Positions 9,609 to 17,861 of a stretch of DNA of 35,849 bases are shown here, in pieces. The first letter of the stretch is position 1, and every line of letters begins with the position of its first letter. Source of the DNA: a virus (Duplodnaviria > Heunggongvirae > Uroviricota > Caudoviricetes); the IMG/VR virus record IMGVR_UViG_3300011584_000017, positions 1-35,849 of that record, one strand, 5' to 3'. The translations under genes were made by a program, and so were the position numbers. Under the pieces are notes generated by a model. The model worked only from the letters and a program-made list of their open reading frames with translations, was not told the DNA's origin and did no database searches.

Positions 9609-10093
9609 GCTCTGCATTACCTGTTGGTGTCCCTGTTCCGTGGCCTTCAGCCACTCCGCCAACAGGCTGGCTGAAATGCAATGGTGCAGCTTTTTCTGCT
9701 GAAGAATACCCGGAACTGGCAAAAGTTTACCCGACAAATAAATTGCCTGATTTACGTGGTGAGTTTATTCGTGGCTGGGATGACGGGCGGGGGATTGATA
9801 CAGGTCGCTCTATTTTAAGTATTCAGGGATATGCAACGGAGGATCATGCTCATGGATTACCGTCAAGATCCACGATTGTGACTGATGCAACTATTAATTT
9901 CTATTTTGATGAAAGCTGGGTAAATAGTGGCACTGACATTATCAAAAGAGGAAACACAAACGATGCTGGATTACCAGCACCGGATTATGGAACCTTTAAA
10001 ACATATAAACAATCAGTGGCTGGTTTAGGTGCCGCAGCCTCAGAAACGCGTCCGCGTAATATTGCATTTAACTATATCGTGAGGGCAGCCTGA
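9554..10093 (+). CDS. Alternative (silent in this orientation) tail-fibre C-terminal variable segment Sv'
   Basis: ORF shares GLGEGSALPVGVPVPWPSA with the end of the H constant region, then diverges; tail-fibre-like C-terminus; lacks the H constant part in this orientation. Confidence 0.7.
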   Translation: MMPVSCYLCIFLNVGLGEGSALPVGVPVPWPSATPPTGWLKCNGAAFSAEEYPELAKVYPTNKLPDLRGEFIRGWDDGRGIDTGRSILSIQGYATEDHAHGLPSRSTIVTDATINFYFDESWVNSGTDIIKRGNTNDAGLPAPDYGTFKTYKQSVAGLGAAASETRPRNIAFNYIVRAA

Positions 10094-10695
10094 TGCATAA
10101 AGCAATATTAAATAGTGAGCTCATTGCAACAAAGGCAGGGGATGTTACCGTTTATAACTATGATGGTGAAACACGGGAATATATTTCCACTTCAAATGAA
10201 TATCTTGCCGTTGGTGTCGGCATTCCGGCATGTTCCTGTTTAGATGCCCCTGGCACACATAAGGCTGGTTATGCAATCTGCCGTTCTGCAGATTTTAACT
10301 CATGGGAATATGTGCCAGACCATCGCGGTGAAACGGTCTATAGCACCGAAACAGGAGAATCAAAAGAAATCACCGCTCCGGGTGATTACCCTGAAAATAC
10401 AACCACTATCGCCCCATTAACGCCATATGATAAATGGGATGGTGAGAAATGGGTGACGGATACCGAGGCACAGCATAGCGCCGCAGTAGATGCAGCAGAA
10501 GCACAGCGCCAGTCGCTGATTGATACTGCAATGGCTTCCATCAGTCTGATTCAACTGAAATTGCAGGCCGGACGTAAACTGACGCAGGCAGAAACAACCC
10601 GGCTTAACGCTGTGCTGGATTACATTGACGCGGTGACGGCAACAGATACCAGCACCGCGCCGGATGTCATCTGGCCTGAACTGCCGGAGGCGTAG
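10093..10695 (+). CDS. Tail fibre assembly protein (U'-like, partner of Sv')
   Basis: 200-aa ORF with the typical Tfa C-terminus (...LDYIDAVTATDTSTAPDVIWPELPEA). Confidence 0.8.
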   Translation: MHKAILNSELIATKAGDVTVYNYDGETREYISTSNEYLAVGVGIPACSCLDAPGTHKAGYAICRSADFNSWEYVPDHRGETVYSTETGESKEITAPGDYPENTTTIAPLTPYDKWDGEKWVTDTEAQHSAAVDAAEAQRQSLIDTAMASISLIQLKLQAGRKLTQAETTRLNAVLDYIDAVTATDTSTAPDVIWPELPEA

Positions 10696-11119
10696 GCCAT
10701 TCAATATCTGGTGCACTGGAGGTATCAACCAGCTCCAGTGCATCCAGATAATCCAGCCACAAATTATATTGCGCCAGTTCCTCACCTTTCAGACGACCAA
10801 TAGCGGCTTTACCGGGCCATTGCTTACTGTTCATGTATTCGTTGGCCTGGTTAATTAGTAGCTGTCTTTCTGATTCAGTAATTTCAATAAGCTCTTCATG
10901 CGTGGGTGGAGGAGTATCTGCCCACGCAGGCAGCCCATCATCTCCGGCAATACGGATTTTTCCTTGTGGCGGTTCAGCCATAAACTCACTGATAATATTT
11001 TGATTTACTTCCTTAGCGTCTGATAAATCCCATCCCTCTGATTTATATTTATCAATCATATCCACAGGGAAAAAAGCATTATGCCTTGCGCTATAAACAT
11101 ATTCGTTCATATAAATCAC
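10667..11119 (-). CDS. Tail fibre assembly protein (U-like, partner of the expressed Sv)
   Basis: 150-aa ORF with Tfa-like C-terminus (...LDYLDALELVDTSSAPDIEWPTPP); convergent with its paralogue. Confidence 0.8.
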   Translation of the reverse strand: MIYMNEYVYSARHNAFFPVDMIDKYKSEGWDLSDAKEVNQNIISEFMAEPPQGKIRIAGDDGLPAWADTPPPTHEELIEITESERQLLINQANEYMNSKQWPGKAAIGRLKGEELAQYNLWLDYLDALELVDTSSAPDIEWPTPPAVQAR

Positions 11120-11130
11120 CCTGAATAAAA

Positions 11131-11544
11131 TTACTCACCAACAGCCCACCAACTGTAATTCATCGATACCGTGTCGCTGGTTGATGACGTTCTGTAAGCA
11201 GAATTAAAGCCGGTTAACGTTGGGCCTTCTGCAGTCATCACGAACCCTCGCCCAGCGCCTAAAGGCGCACCGCCATCACCAGAATGAGTAAGCATGGCGC
11301 AGTCCGCTTTTTTGGGGAAAGGGATGCTGAATGTAATTCTCATTGTTTGCGTCGATAATGTCGGCGTAACCGCACCACGACCATATTGCAGGATTTTCCC
11401 GTTGGGTAATTTCATCCATCCATCACCACTGGCAAAAGAGGCCATGTCCGGTATCTGATTTTCCCCTGTCCCCACATCCCGTTTTGCCGCTTCTCCCAAA
11501 CCAACGTTTAAGAAAATGCAGAGGTAACAGCTAACTGGCATCAT
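11131..11544 (-). CDS. Tail-fibre C-terminal variable segment Sv (the one joined to H in the assembled orientation)
   Basis: Variable region begins right after the 15-bp core (GLGE-AAKRDVGTGENQ...); the N-terminal MMPVSCYLCIFLNV of the ORF call is repeat-derived and probably not translated as such. Confidence 0.7.
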   Translation of the reverse strand: MMPVSCYLCIFLNVGLGEAAKRDVGTGENQIPDMASFASGDGWMKLPNGKILQYGRGAVTPTLSTQTMRITFSIPFPKKADCAMLTHSGDGGAPLGAGRGFVMTAEGPTLTGFNSAYRTSSTSDTVSMNYSWWAVGE

Positions 11545-11565
11545 CTCCGGTTTTTATTCAGGGGG
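11490..11565. repeat. Right inverted repeat of the invertible segment
   Basis: Perfect reverse complement of 9533-9608; abuts the N gap. Confidence 0.85.
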
Positions 11566-12683
11566 NNNNNNNNNNTGGCTGAAGGCCACGGAACAGGGAC
11601 ACCAACAGGTAATGCAGAGCCTTCTCCCAAACCAAGGTATGTGAGAAGACCAGCTACATCCTTTCCACTCAAATTGGTAAGCGTATTGTCCAGCGGTTGT
11701 TTACCTGCCAGCGCATTAAGCATTGTCGTGGCAAAGTTCGGATCATTCCCCAGTGCCGCCGCCAGTTCGTTCAGTGTATCCAGTGCAGCAGGTGCAGAAC
11801 CCACCATTCCTGCAATCGCCGATTTCACAAAAGCCGTAGTGGCAATCTGTGTATTGTTGACCGACTGCGCCGCCGTGGGGGCTGTTGGCGTTCCGGTGAG
11901 TGCCGGACTCGACAACGGTGCTTTTAGTGCCAGCGCATTGTTAATGGTGGTACTGAAATTCGGATCATTGTTAATGGCTGCGGCTATTTCTTTCAGCGTG
12001 TCCAGCGTGGCTGGCGCACCATTAATAAGGGCCGTCAGTGCCGCCTGTACAAACGCAGTGGTCGCAACCTGCGTGGTATTATTCCCCGCCGCTGGCGTTG
12101 GCGCTTTGGGGGTTCCGGTAAATGTCGGGCTGGCTTTTGGCGCGTACTGTGAATGCGGGTCCGGTGCGGCAAGATGTTTTGCCATCTGATCATCCGCGTA
12201 CACCTTCAGCTCCAGTGCCTTGTCATCCACATACTTGCGGGTTGCCAGCACTACAGCAGGGTCGATTTTCAGGGTGATATTGTCCGTGCTGCTGGTAATC
12301 AGCACCATGCGCACGGTCTGAGTGCGCCCGCTACCTTCAGCCAGTTGCGGCTTATAGCTTTCCGGGCAGTTGCCCACGGCAATCAATGCCCCGGACTCAT
12401 CAAACAAGCCCACTTCACGTATCCACCAACCGCCCTCGTTTTCAGGGATCACCTGTTCGGCAATAATCTGGCTGCTGTTCTGCGGGTCGATATAAAGCAT
12501 ATTCAGCGCAGCCCGGCGTTTCTCATTTACCAGTGCCGTCTGCTTTGCGTCCGGCGTTGGCAATACTCCACCGCCATCGCCCACCGCCATATGGGTAATT
12601 TTTAGCGGCACACCGAGCGCGGCGGCGCTGGCAAGTTTCGCCGCGCCAATATCCGTCAGCAGGGTATAAAATTTTGTGCTCAT
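11541..12683 (-). CDS. H: Tail fibre protein H (constant N-terminal part; C-terminus interrupted by the gap)
   Basis: 380-aa ORF with Ala/Thr-rich repeats (TAFV..A, NDPNF motifs) typical of P2 gpH; its 3' end runs into the inverted repeat and the N gap. Confidence 0.8.
   Translation of the reverse strand: MSTKFYTLLTDIGAAKLASAAALGVPLKITHMAVGDGGGVLPTPDAKQTALVNEKRRAALNMLYIDPQNSSQIIAEQVIPENEGGWWIREVGLFDESGALIAVGNCPESYKPQLAEGSGRTQTVRMVLITSSTDNITLKIDPAVVLATRKYVDDKALELKVYADDQMAKHLAAPDPHSQYAPKASPTFTGTPKAPTPAAGNNTTQVATTAFVQAALTALINGAPATLDTLKEIAAAINNDPNFSTTINNALALKAPLSSPALTGTPTAPTAAQSVNNTQIATTAFVKSAIAGMVGSAPAALDTLNELAAALGNDPNFATTMLNALAGKQPLDNTLTNLSGKDVAGLLTYLGLGEGSALPVGVPVPWPSAXXXXPLNKNRR
11566..11575. 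other. Assembly gap (10 N) inside the inversion crossover region
   Basis: Run of N; flanking sequence is a mosaic of both segment orientations. Confidence 0.95.
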
Positions 12684-13285
12684 GGATTCACTCTCATTGT
12701 GTCAATAACATGGACCGCCCCGCCTTCATGCGCGGTGCCACCGGAAATAATCGTTTCGTTGATATACGGATAGATCGTGATTTCTTCGCCAAGATAGCTG
12801 GCGGCTCCCACCCAATGCGGGCCGCTGGTCTGCAGATTGATGGACATGCCGATCATGTGGCGGCTACATGGTTTGGCATCGCTTATCAGTCGCTCAAGTT
12901 CCAGATAGGTATCTTCAGTGATGCCCTGGTCCTGCACGCCGATATCCAGGCGAAACGTGCCCGGTGTTTCTCCGGTCTGCCACCACTCAATAATGCGGAT
13001 CAGGAATCCGAACGGCTCCACCACCCGCCGCACGGCACTGGTGGTCCCTTTATGCTGATGAATATAAAAAGCATCCTTCACCACCTGGCGCTTGACGCTT
13101 TCTGTCCAGCCCTCGTCCCAGCGATCCACAGAGAACGCCCAGGCGAGATAAGGCAGGAAACTGACCGGACAGGTTGCCGGATTCCACAAGTCACGAAGCG
13201 GCACCTGCAGATCAGAAATCCCGCTGCAGGTTTGCGCCAGTCGGCGCTCCAGTGGTGTTGAACCCGGTGGCAGCAGACTATTCAT
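12680..13285 (-). CDS. I: Baseplate assembly protein I
   Basis: 201-aa ORF (MNSLLPPGSTPLERRLAQ...) in the P2 gpI position. Confidence 0.85.
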   Translation of the reverse strand: MNSLLPPGSTPLERRLAQTCSGISDLQVPLRDLWNPATCPVSFLPYLAWAFSVDRWDEGWTESVKRQVVKDAFYIHQHKGTTSAVRRVVEPFGFLIRIIEWWQTGETPGTFRLDIGVQDQGITEDTYLELERLISDAKPCSRHMIGMSINLQTSGPHWVGAASYLGEEITIYPYINETIISGGTAHEGGAVHVIDTMRVNP

Positions 13286-14186
13286 CCGTTCCTCCGTTGG
13301 TTACGCTCCACTGCGTACATGATGCCGCCTGTGTTTTGTTCAGGACCACATCCGCCAGAGGAGAAGCCAGCTCCACACGCTGCACCCCCTCAACATGCAG
13401 GGCGGCAAAGATGGCGCTACGGCGAATATCCCGACCAAGACGCGTCTGACTGGCGATGTACTTCTGCAGGCTGGCTTTTGCCGCTGCCATTACCGGCTCT
13501 GCTTCCGGTCCAGGATAGAGAAAAATGGTGGCTTCCACGCGATACGGGATGATTTCTGCGCTGCGAACCGTAAGACGGTCAGCCACCGGGCGGACGTTCT
13601 CACTGTTCAGAGCTTTTTCCACCACGTCCAGCAGGTCTTTTTCTGCAGTTCCATCGCCTTCGCGGCTAAGGACAGTCAGCACCACCTCTGCAGGTGCCGG
13701 GCTGGTTGCACTGGCATCCGCCACCCGACCGTCGGCGCTTCGGGCATGAAATTCATAAGCTGCAGTTGGCCCCGCAACAGAAAGCCCTTCAAAGGCTGCA
13801 GGCACACGCAGGCGCAACGCTTCATCGCTTTCCATCACAGCTGCAACGGGCGGCACAGCATCATTATCAGCAGGCGTCACCGTCAGGCGTGTCACGTTGT
13901 AGTTGGCAGCGAGCTGGTCAAGATCGCCGCCCATCGCGTAAGCCACCATCACCGCCTGCGCGGCTTCGTTAATGCGCTGGCGCAGAAGCAACTCACGGTA
14001 AGCGTTCTCCTGCAACAATTTAGTGGCGGGTTCAGATTCCAGTTCCAGCGTGCGGATCACTGCTTCCTGCTCATCTTTCGGATGAAGCGCCACAAATTCT
14101 GCCTTGCGTTCGGCAAGCAGCGTCTCAAAGTCCGGCACATCCACAATCTGCGGTGCAGGCAACTGCGAAAGGTCAATCACTGCCAT
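13278..14186 (-). CDS. J: Baseplate assembly protein J
   Basis: Start moved to the internal ATG at 14186 (MAVIDLSQLPAPQIV...), giving 302 aa like P2 gpJ and a short overlap with W. Confidence 0.85.
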   Translation of the reverse strand: MAVIDLSQLPAPQIVDVPDFETLLAERKAEFVALHPKDEQEAVIRTLELESEPATKLLQENAYRELLLRQRINEAAQAVMVAYAMGGDLDQLAANYNVTRLTVTPADNDAVPPVAAVMESDEALRLRVPAAFEGLSVAGPTAAYEFHARSADGRVADASATSPAPAEVVLTVLSREGDGTAEKDLLDVVEKALNSENVRPVADRLTVRSAEIIPYRVEATIFLYPGPEAEPVMAAAKASLQKYIASQTRLGRDIRRSAIFAALHVEGVQRVELASPLADVVLNKTQAASCTQWSVTNGGTDE

Positions 14187-14532
14187 TCTCTGCTCCTGTT
14201 GATACGGAAAGGGACACAGGCACACCGTTATTCCGCCGCCCGGTCAGCTCCACCACCATTGAACCGTCAAAATTGCTGTTGATGGTGATGGAATCCAGCG
14301 TCAACCGTGGCTCCCAGCGACTCAGCGCCACATACACTGCCGACATGACCTGCAGGCGTAATGCCGGATTTTGTGGCTGATCTATCAGTGCCGACAGCAG
14401 GGAACCATATTCCCGGCGGGCAATACGGCTACCCTGCGGTGTCAGCAGAATGTCCCGCACCGACTGGCGCAGATGATCAATATCAGTAATGACTTTGCCG
14501 CTGGTATTGTTCATCCCGCTATAAAGCGTCAT
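14173..14532 (-). CDS. W: Baseplate wedge protein W
   Basis: 119-aa ORF in the gpW position. Confidence 0.85.
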   Translation of the reverse strand: MTLYSGMNNTSGKVITDIDHLRQSVRDILLTPQGSRIARREYGSLLSALIDQPQNPALRLQVMSAVYVALSRWEPRLTLDSITINSNFDGSMVVELTGRRNNGVPVSLSVSTGAENGSD

Positions 14533-15107
14533 ACCGGGCCTCCGGTTGTATCGCCGCCTTTCAGGACGCCAGTATGCTGATGCGCATCAACCACGATCCC
14601 GTTAGAACTCATCGCTCCGCCGCCCTGGGTAACGCCACCATTGATCACCACTTCGCTGTTAATGCGCGTGCGGTCAGCCTCCAGTACAAACTCACTGGTT
14701 TTCATGGTGATGTTGTCAGCAGCCTCAATGACCATTGATTTGATGCCCCTGACATACCAGCGCCCGGTGGCGGGTTCGTATTCAAACCAGCCACCGTCAG
14801 GATGTTCTGTCACGCAGGCGTCCGCCGACGTCGACGGTGGTGCGAACTGATTCGAATAGACAGCGGGCAGCGCAAAGGCGGTTTCCAGATTGCCGCCCAG
14901 ACTCAGCAGCACCACCTGCTCACCTTCCGATGGTCGCCACCATGTACGGGCATTCCCGGCACGCAGCGTCAGCCAGCTGATCCAGTTGGTTTCAAGCTCG
15001 CCCGTTTTCACCCGGCAAAGCCAGTTTTCCCTGTCCACTTCGGTGACTACCCCTGTGCGGATCAGGTTGGTGATAAGGCGCATGATTTCGGTTAATTGTG
15101 CGTTCAT
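14529..15107 (-). CDS. V: Baseplate spike / assembly protein V
   Basis: 192-aa ORF in the gpV position; preceded by a TGT-N12-ACA element. Confidence 0.85.
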   Translation of the reverse strand: MNAQLTEIMRLITNLIRTGVVTEVDRENWLCRVKTGELETNWISWLTLRAGNARTWWRPSEGEQVVLLSLGGNLETAFALPAVYSNQFAPPSTSADACVTEHPDGGWFEYEPATGRWYVRGIKSMVIEAADNITMKTSEFVLEADRTRINSEVVINGGVTQGGGAMSSNGIVVDAHQHTGVLKGGDTTGGPV

Positions 15108-15153
15108 AGGGAAAGGTTGCCATCAGGGGAAGAAAGGCGGCAGTGCTGCAACT

Positions 15154-15171
15154 TGTATCAGTGCTGATACA
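15154..15171 (-). promoter_or_regulatory. Candidate Ogr-dependent late promoter element upstream of V
   Basis: tgtatcag-tg-ctgataca: an 18-bp near-perfect palindrome of TGT-N12-ACA form in the S-V intergenic region. Confidence 0.5.
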
Positions 15172-15175
15172 AAGA

Positions 15176-15622
15176 TCACCCCGCCAGCCATTGCAGAATC
15201 ATGTCGCGGGTCATTGCCTCAACATCATCATTTACACCCAGAAGGCGACGCTCTGCGTAACGCACCTCCGGTCCCTTACGACTGACGCGATCTCGCAGGC
15301 CGTAATGGTGAACGCTGGCAATGCGCTGCACCTTGCCTTCAAACTGCACGCTGGCAGAGTCGGTGCTGGCGGCAGTTTTCAGGTATTTTGTGGTGCGCAG
15401 CTTTGCAAACATCTGACGTTTGATACGGCCTTTTTTACTGCGTGCTGTTACCCGTCGCGGTTCATAGCTGCTGCCGTCAGGGTTGCGCTGCATCCTGATA
15501 TTCTGCTGCTGTGTCCGGCGAAGTTCCTGCGCCAGCTGGCGCATCATGCGGCTTCTCGAGGCTGGTTCCAGATTCGCCAGCAAGGCACTCAGCCAGTCGT
15601 CCACCTTCTGCAGTTCAGCCAC
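15176..15622 (-). CDS. S: Tail completion protein S
   Basis: 148-aa ORF in the gpS position; GTG start in the ORF track. Confidence 0.8.
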   Translation of the reverse strand: MAELQKVDDWLSALLANLEPASRSRMMRQLAQELRRTQQQNIRMQRNPDGSSYEPRRVTARSKKGRIKRQMFAKLRTTKYLKTAASTDSASVQFEGKVQRIASVHHYGLRDRVSRKGPEVRYAERRLLGVNDDVEAMTRDMILQWLAG

Positions 15623-16067
15623 GTTTCACCGTCCACATTTCTTCAGGTGCATCAGGTTCCGCTATAGCTTCAACGCTCGACACACTGCCGTCAGTGCTGA
15701 CCAGCACACGTTCCGTCAGTTGCAGGTTCAGGCTGATATCACAGACATCGTTGCGCAGAATATCCACCTCAAAGGTGAATAGCTTTTCCCGTAACGCCGG
15801 GTTATTGATGGCATCGGGCTGGTTATCCCTCAGCCACAGCAAAACCGGGGCCATCAGCAGATTCTGGTCGCCGCTGAAATCCTCAATCACCGCGTTCAGT
15901 GTGTAACGGTACTCCCACGACATGGAGCTGGCCCCCGTGGCAACCAGCGAACCGTTATCCACAAACAGATGCAGTTTGTCCGGGTTATTGCGGACATAAG
16001 GCACCGCTTTATTGAGGGCGTGGCGCAGGGATTGTGGTTTGTTCACTGTTTCGCTCCTGACACGCAA
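15615..16067 (-). CDS. R: Tail completion protein R
   Basis: 150-aa ORF in the gpR position; TTG start in the ORF track, true start uncertain. Confidence 0.8.
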   Translation of the reverse strand: MRVRSETVNKPQSLRHALNKAVPYVRNNPDKLHLFVDNGSLVATGASSMSWEYRYTLNAVIEDFSGDQNLLMAPVLLWLRDNQPDAINNPALREKLFTFEVDILRNDVCDISLNLQLTERVLVSTDGSVSSVEAIAEPDAPEEMWTVKRG

Positions 16068-16299
16068 TAATCATGTCCACTTTGTCTGCACAGACCGCCC
16101 AGGCGGCCTCCGTTTCATCCAGCAACGCGTTCAGATCACCGTTAGTGCGCGGCGTTGCCTGATCCAGCCGACACGGCGTCACTCGCGGACAACCACTGAC
16201 GGTAAGCCATACCTCCGGTGAGTGCCGGACGTTTCCGCAGCCGGATAATGTCAGCAGGCAAAGGAGTATCAGCCCAGCGGCGTAAATCCTCGTTCTCAC
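16009..16299 (-). CDS. lysC: LysC (Rz1-like outer-membrane lipoprotein spanin component), out of frame across the lysB/R junction
   Basis: 96-aa ORF with lipoprotein signal and lipobox (LTLSGC); overlaps the 3' end of lysB and the 5' end of R in another frame, as P2 lysC does. Confidence 0.6.
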   Translation of the reverse strand: MRTRIYAAGLILLCLLTLSGCGNVRHSPEVWLTVSGCPRVTPCRLDQATPRTNGDLNALLDETEAAWAVCADKVDMIIACQERNSEQTTIPAPRPQ

Positions 16300-16570
16300 G
16301 TTTCAGTTCCTCGATCCGGTGTTGTCGTTGTCTCAGCAGCGTGCTGGTCTGTTCTGCTTCGGCATAGAGCCGCGCCTGCTCCCGGTTATTGGTTTCAGTC
16401 AGAATGGACAGGCTGATAAGCTGGCTATTGCTCTTTGCCAGTGCCTGGCTTTTGCTCTGCAGCTCGTCTGCCTGCGTGCTGATGGTCTGGCTGGCATCAG
16501 CCAGCCGCCACGTCTGCCAGCCCAGCGCCGCCAGTAATAACGTCAGCACAACCAGCAGCAACCGGTTCAT
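16142..16570 (-). CDS. lysB: LysB (Rz-like inner-membrane spanin component)
   Basis: 142-aa ORF with N-terminal TM segment and coiled-coil periplasmic region. Confidence 0.7.
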   Translation of the reverse strand: MNRLLLVVLTLLLAALGWQTWRLADASQTISTQADELQSKSQALAKSNSQLISLSILTETNNREQARLYAEAEQTSTLLRQRQHRIEELKRENEDLRRWADTPLPADIIRLRKRPALTGGMAYRQWLSASDAVSAGSGNAAH

Positions 16571-16944
16571 GCTGCTACCTGTTGCGCCATCTGATTACGG
16601 GTGATCCAGAAGGCAATAACGGTCAGTAGATAAAAGACCAGGGTAATAGCCCACCCCGTCCAGGCGAGACTTACAACAATCAGCAATCGCATCACCCAAC
16701 TGGTAAATACGTTTTCTTTTCGGGTAATTGTCTTCAGCAAAGATGCCCTTAACTCCTGCCAGAGCGGGCCATTCTTAATTAACGCAGCCAGTGCTACCGG
16801 AATTACCGCCCATGTCAGCAAACAGGCTACCCAAACGCCGGACGCTGCCAGTACCGGAAAAATCCCCTGCGGATACACCATTGCTGCGATTAACAGCGCC
16901 ATCCATAACATCAGAAACAGTCCGCTGATTAATTTCTTTTTCAT
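16567..16944 (-). CDS. lysA: LysA-like lysis-timing membrane protein
   Basis: Multi-TM small protein between K and lysB; start set at the internal MKKKLISGLF ATG, which abuts the K stop. Confidence 0.6.
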   Translation of the reverse strand: MKKKLISGLFLMLWMALLIAAMVYPQGIFPVLAASGVWVACLLTWAVIPVALAALIKNGPLWQELRASLLKTITRKENVFTSWVMRLLIVVSLAWTGWAITLVFYLLTVIAFWITRNQMAQQVAA

Positions 16945-16945
16945 T

Positions 16946-17458
16946 TCAGTTTGCTCCCTGTAAACACCAGGCCATCTCCCGCGCACGGCGGTTATCCAGC
17001 CCCTGATTAAAAACACCTTTCACATAAACCCAGCGCGGCAACTGTCGGCATGCATCCGCCCAGCGCCGCTGATTGAGCAATTTCACCAGCGTGGAACTAC
17101 AGGCATTGCCCGTCCCCACGTTGAAGGCAAACGACACCGTAGCGTCATACACCTTCTGCGGCGGCTGTTGCTTCACACACCTTTCCAGCGCCCGCTCCAC
17201 TCGTAGCACGTTGGAGATCAGCCCTTCAGCTGCCTGTCGTTCCGTAATAATTTTGCCGGGAATGACGCCCGACGTATTACCAATGCCGTCGGTCCAGACA
17301 CCCGCGCTGCACTGATACGGCTGCAGACGACAGCCTTCATAATCGGCGATCAGTTTCAGTCCCTCCTCGGAGGTGTGAAGCTGCTGAAACCCCGGCAGCG
17401 TGGCAGCAATAGCCAGCACGGCCCCGACAAGGCAGCGTTTAACGATTGATGGATTCAT
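16946..17458 (-). CDS. K: Endolysin K, lysozyme with N-terminal SAR-type signal-anchor
   Basis: 170-aa ORF; Ala/Gly-rich hydrophobic N-terminus followed by a lysozyme-like catalytic region (EGLKLIADYEG...VWTDGIGNT...FNVGTGN), resembling P21-type SAR endolysins. Confidence 0.8.
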   Translation of the reverse strand: MNPSIVKRCLVGAVLAIAATLPGFQQLHTSEEGLKLIADYEGCRLQPYQCSAGVWTDGIGNTSGVIPGKIITERQAAEGLISNVLRVERALERCVKQQPPQKVYDATVSFAFNVGTGNACSSTLVKLLNQRRWADACRQLPRWVYVKGVFNQGLDNRRAREMAWCLQGAN

Positions 17459-17654
17459 AGTCCTCCCGCGAGATCTGCCCGTCGCGCAGAAGCTGGTAGG
17501 CTTTGTGTTTGTAGTACCAGTTGATAGCCAGCATCAGCACACCGATCATCAGGCCGCCCAGCGTTGAGGCATCCTTGATGGACAAATCGCCCAGCCAGGC
17601 CAGCACGACGGCGATGCAATACGTGATAAAGGCGCTGATTCGCTCAAGCGTCAT
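17439..17654 (-). CDS. Y: Holin (2-TM, pinholin-like) Y
   Basis: 71-aa ORF with two hydrophobic helices and a charged C-terminus, directly upstream of the endolysin. Confidence 0.65.
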   Translation of the reverse strand: MTLERISAFITYCIAVVLAWLGDLSIKDASTLGGLMIGVLMLAINWYYKHKAYQLLRDGQISREDYESINR

Positions 17655-17657
17655 AAT

Positions 17658-17861
17658 TCAGTCCCATAGCTGGACGGTCTGCACGGTGGTGGTTGTCGGA
17701 ATGTCCGGCAGCTCCACCTGCAGCCCGTGAGGTAAAAAGGGGCCGTATTCGGCAAGCCCCGGATTTGCCTTCAGTACCTGCTCCGTGACACCCTGCGTGC
17801 GCCCGTAATGACGCCAGCAAAGTGCGTCCACCGTGTCATACTGATGCGCACGCACTTTCAT
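17658..17861 (-). CDS. X: Tail protein X
   Basis: 67-aa ORF, size and position of P2 gpX. Confidence 0.75.
   Translation of the reverse strand: MKVRAHQYDTVDALCWRHYGRTQGVTEQVLKANPGLAEYGPFLPHGLQVELPDIPTTTTVQTVQLWD

Larger units (their letters stand above)
9533..11635. mobile_element. Invertible tail-fibre host-range segment (Mu G-segment-like) flanked by inverted repeats
   Basis: 9533-9608 is the exact reverse complement of 11490-11565; 9594-9653 is the exact reverse complement of 11576-11635; two divergent sets of tail-fibre C-terminal plus assembly genes lie between them, next to the invertase. Confidence 0.8.

Noticed and set aside
11566-11575. N run as a biological feature
   Set aside because: It is an assembly/scaffold gap, not sequence; relevant only as evidence of repeat-induced misassembly at the inversion site.
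13395-14282. 295-aa plus-strand ORF across J/W
   Set aside because: Antisense shadow ORF, Cys/His/Arg-rich nonsense-like composition; J and W on the minus strand fit the P2 order.
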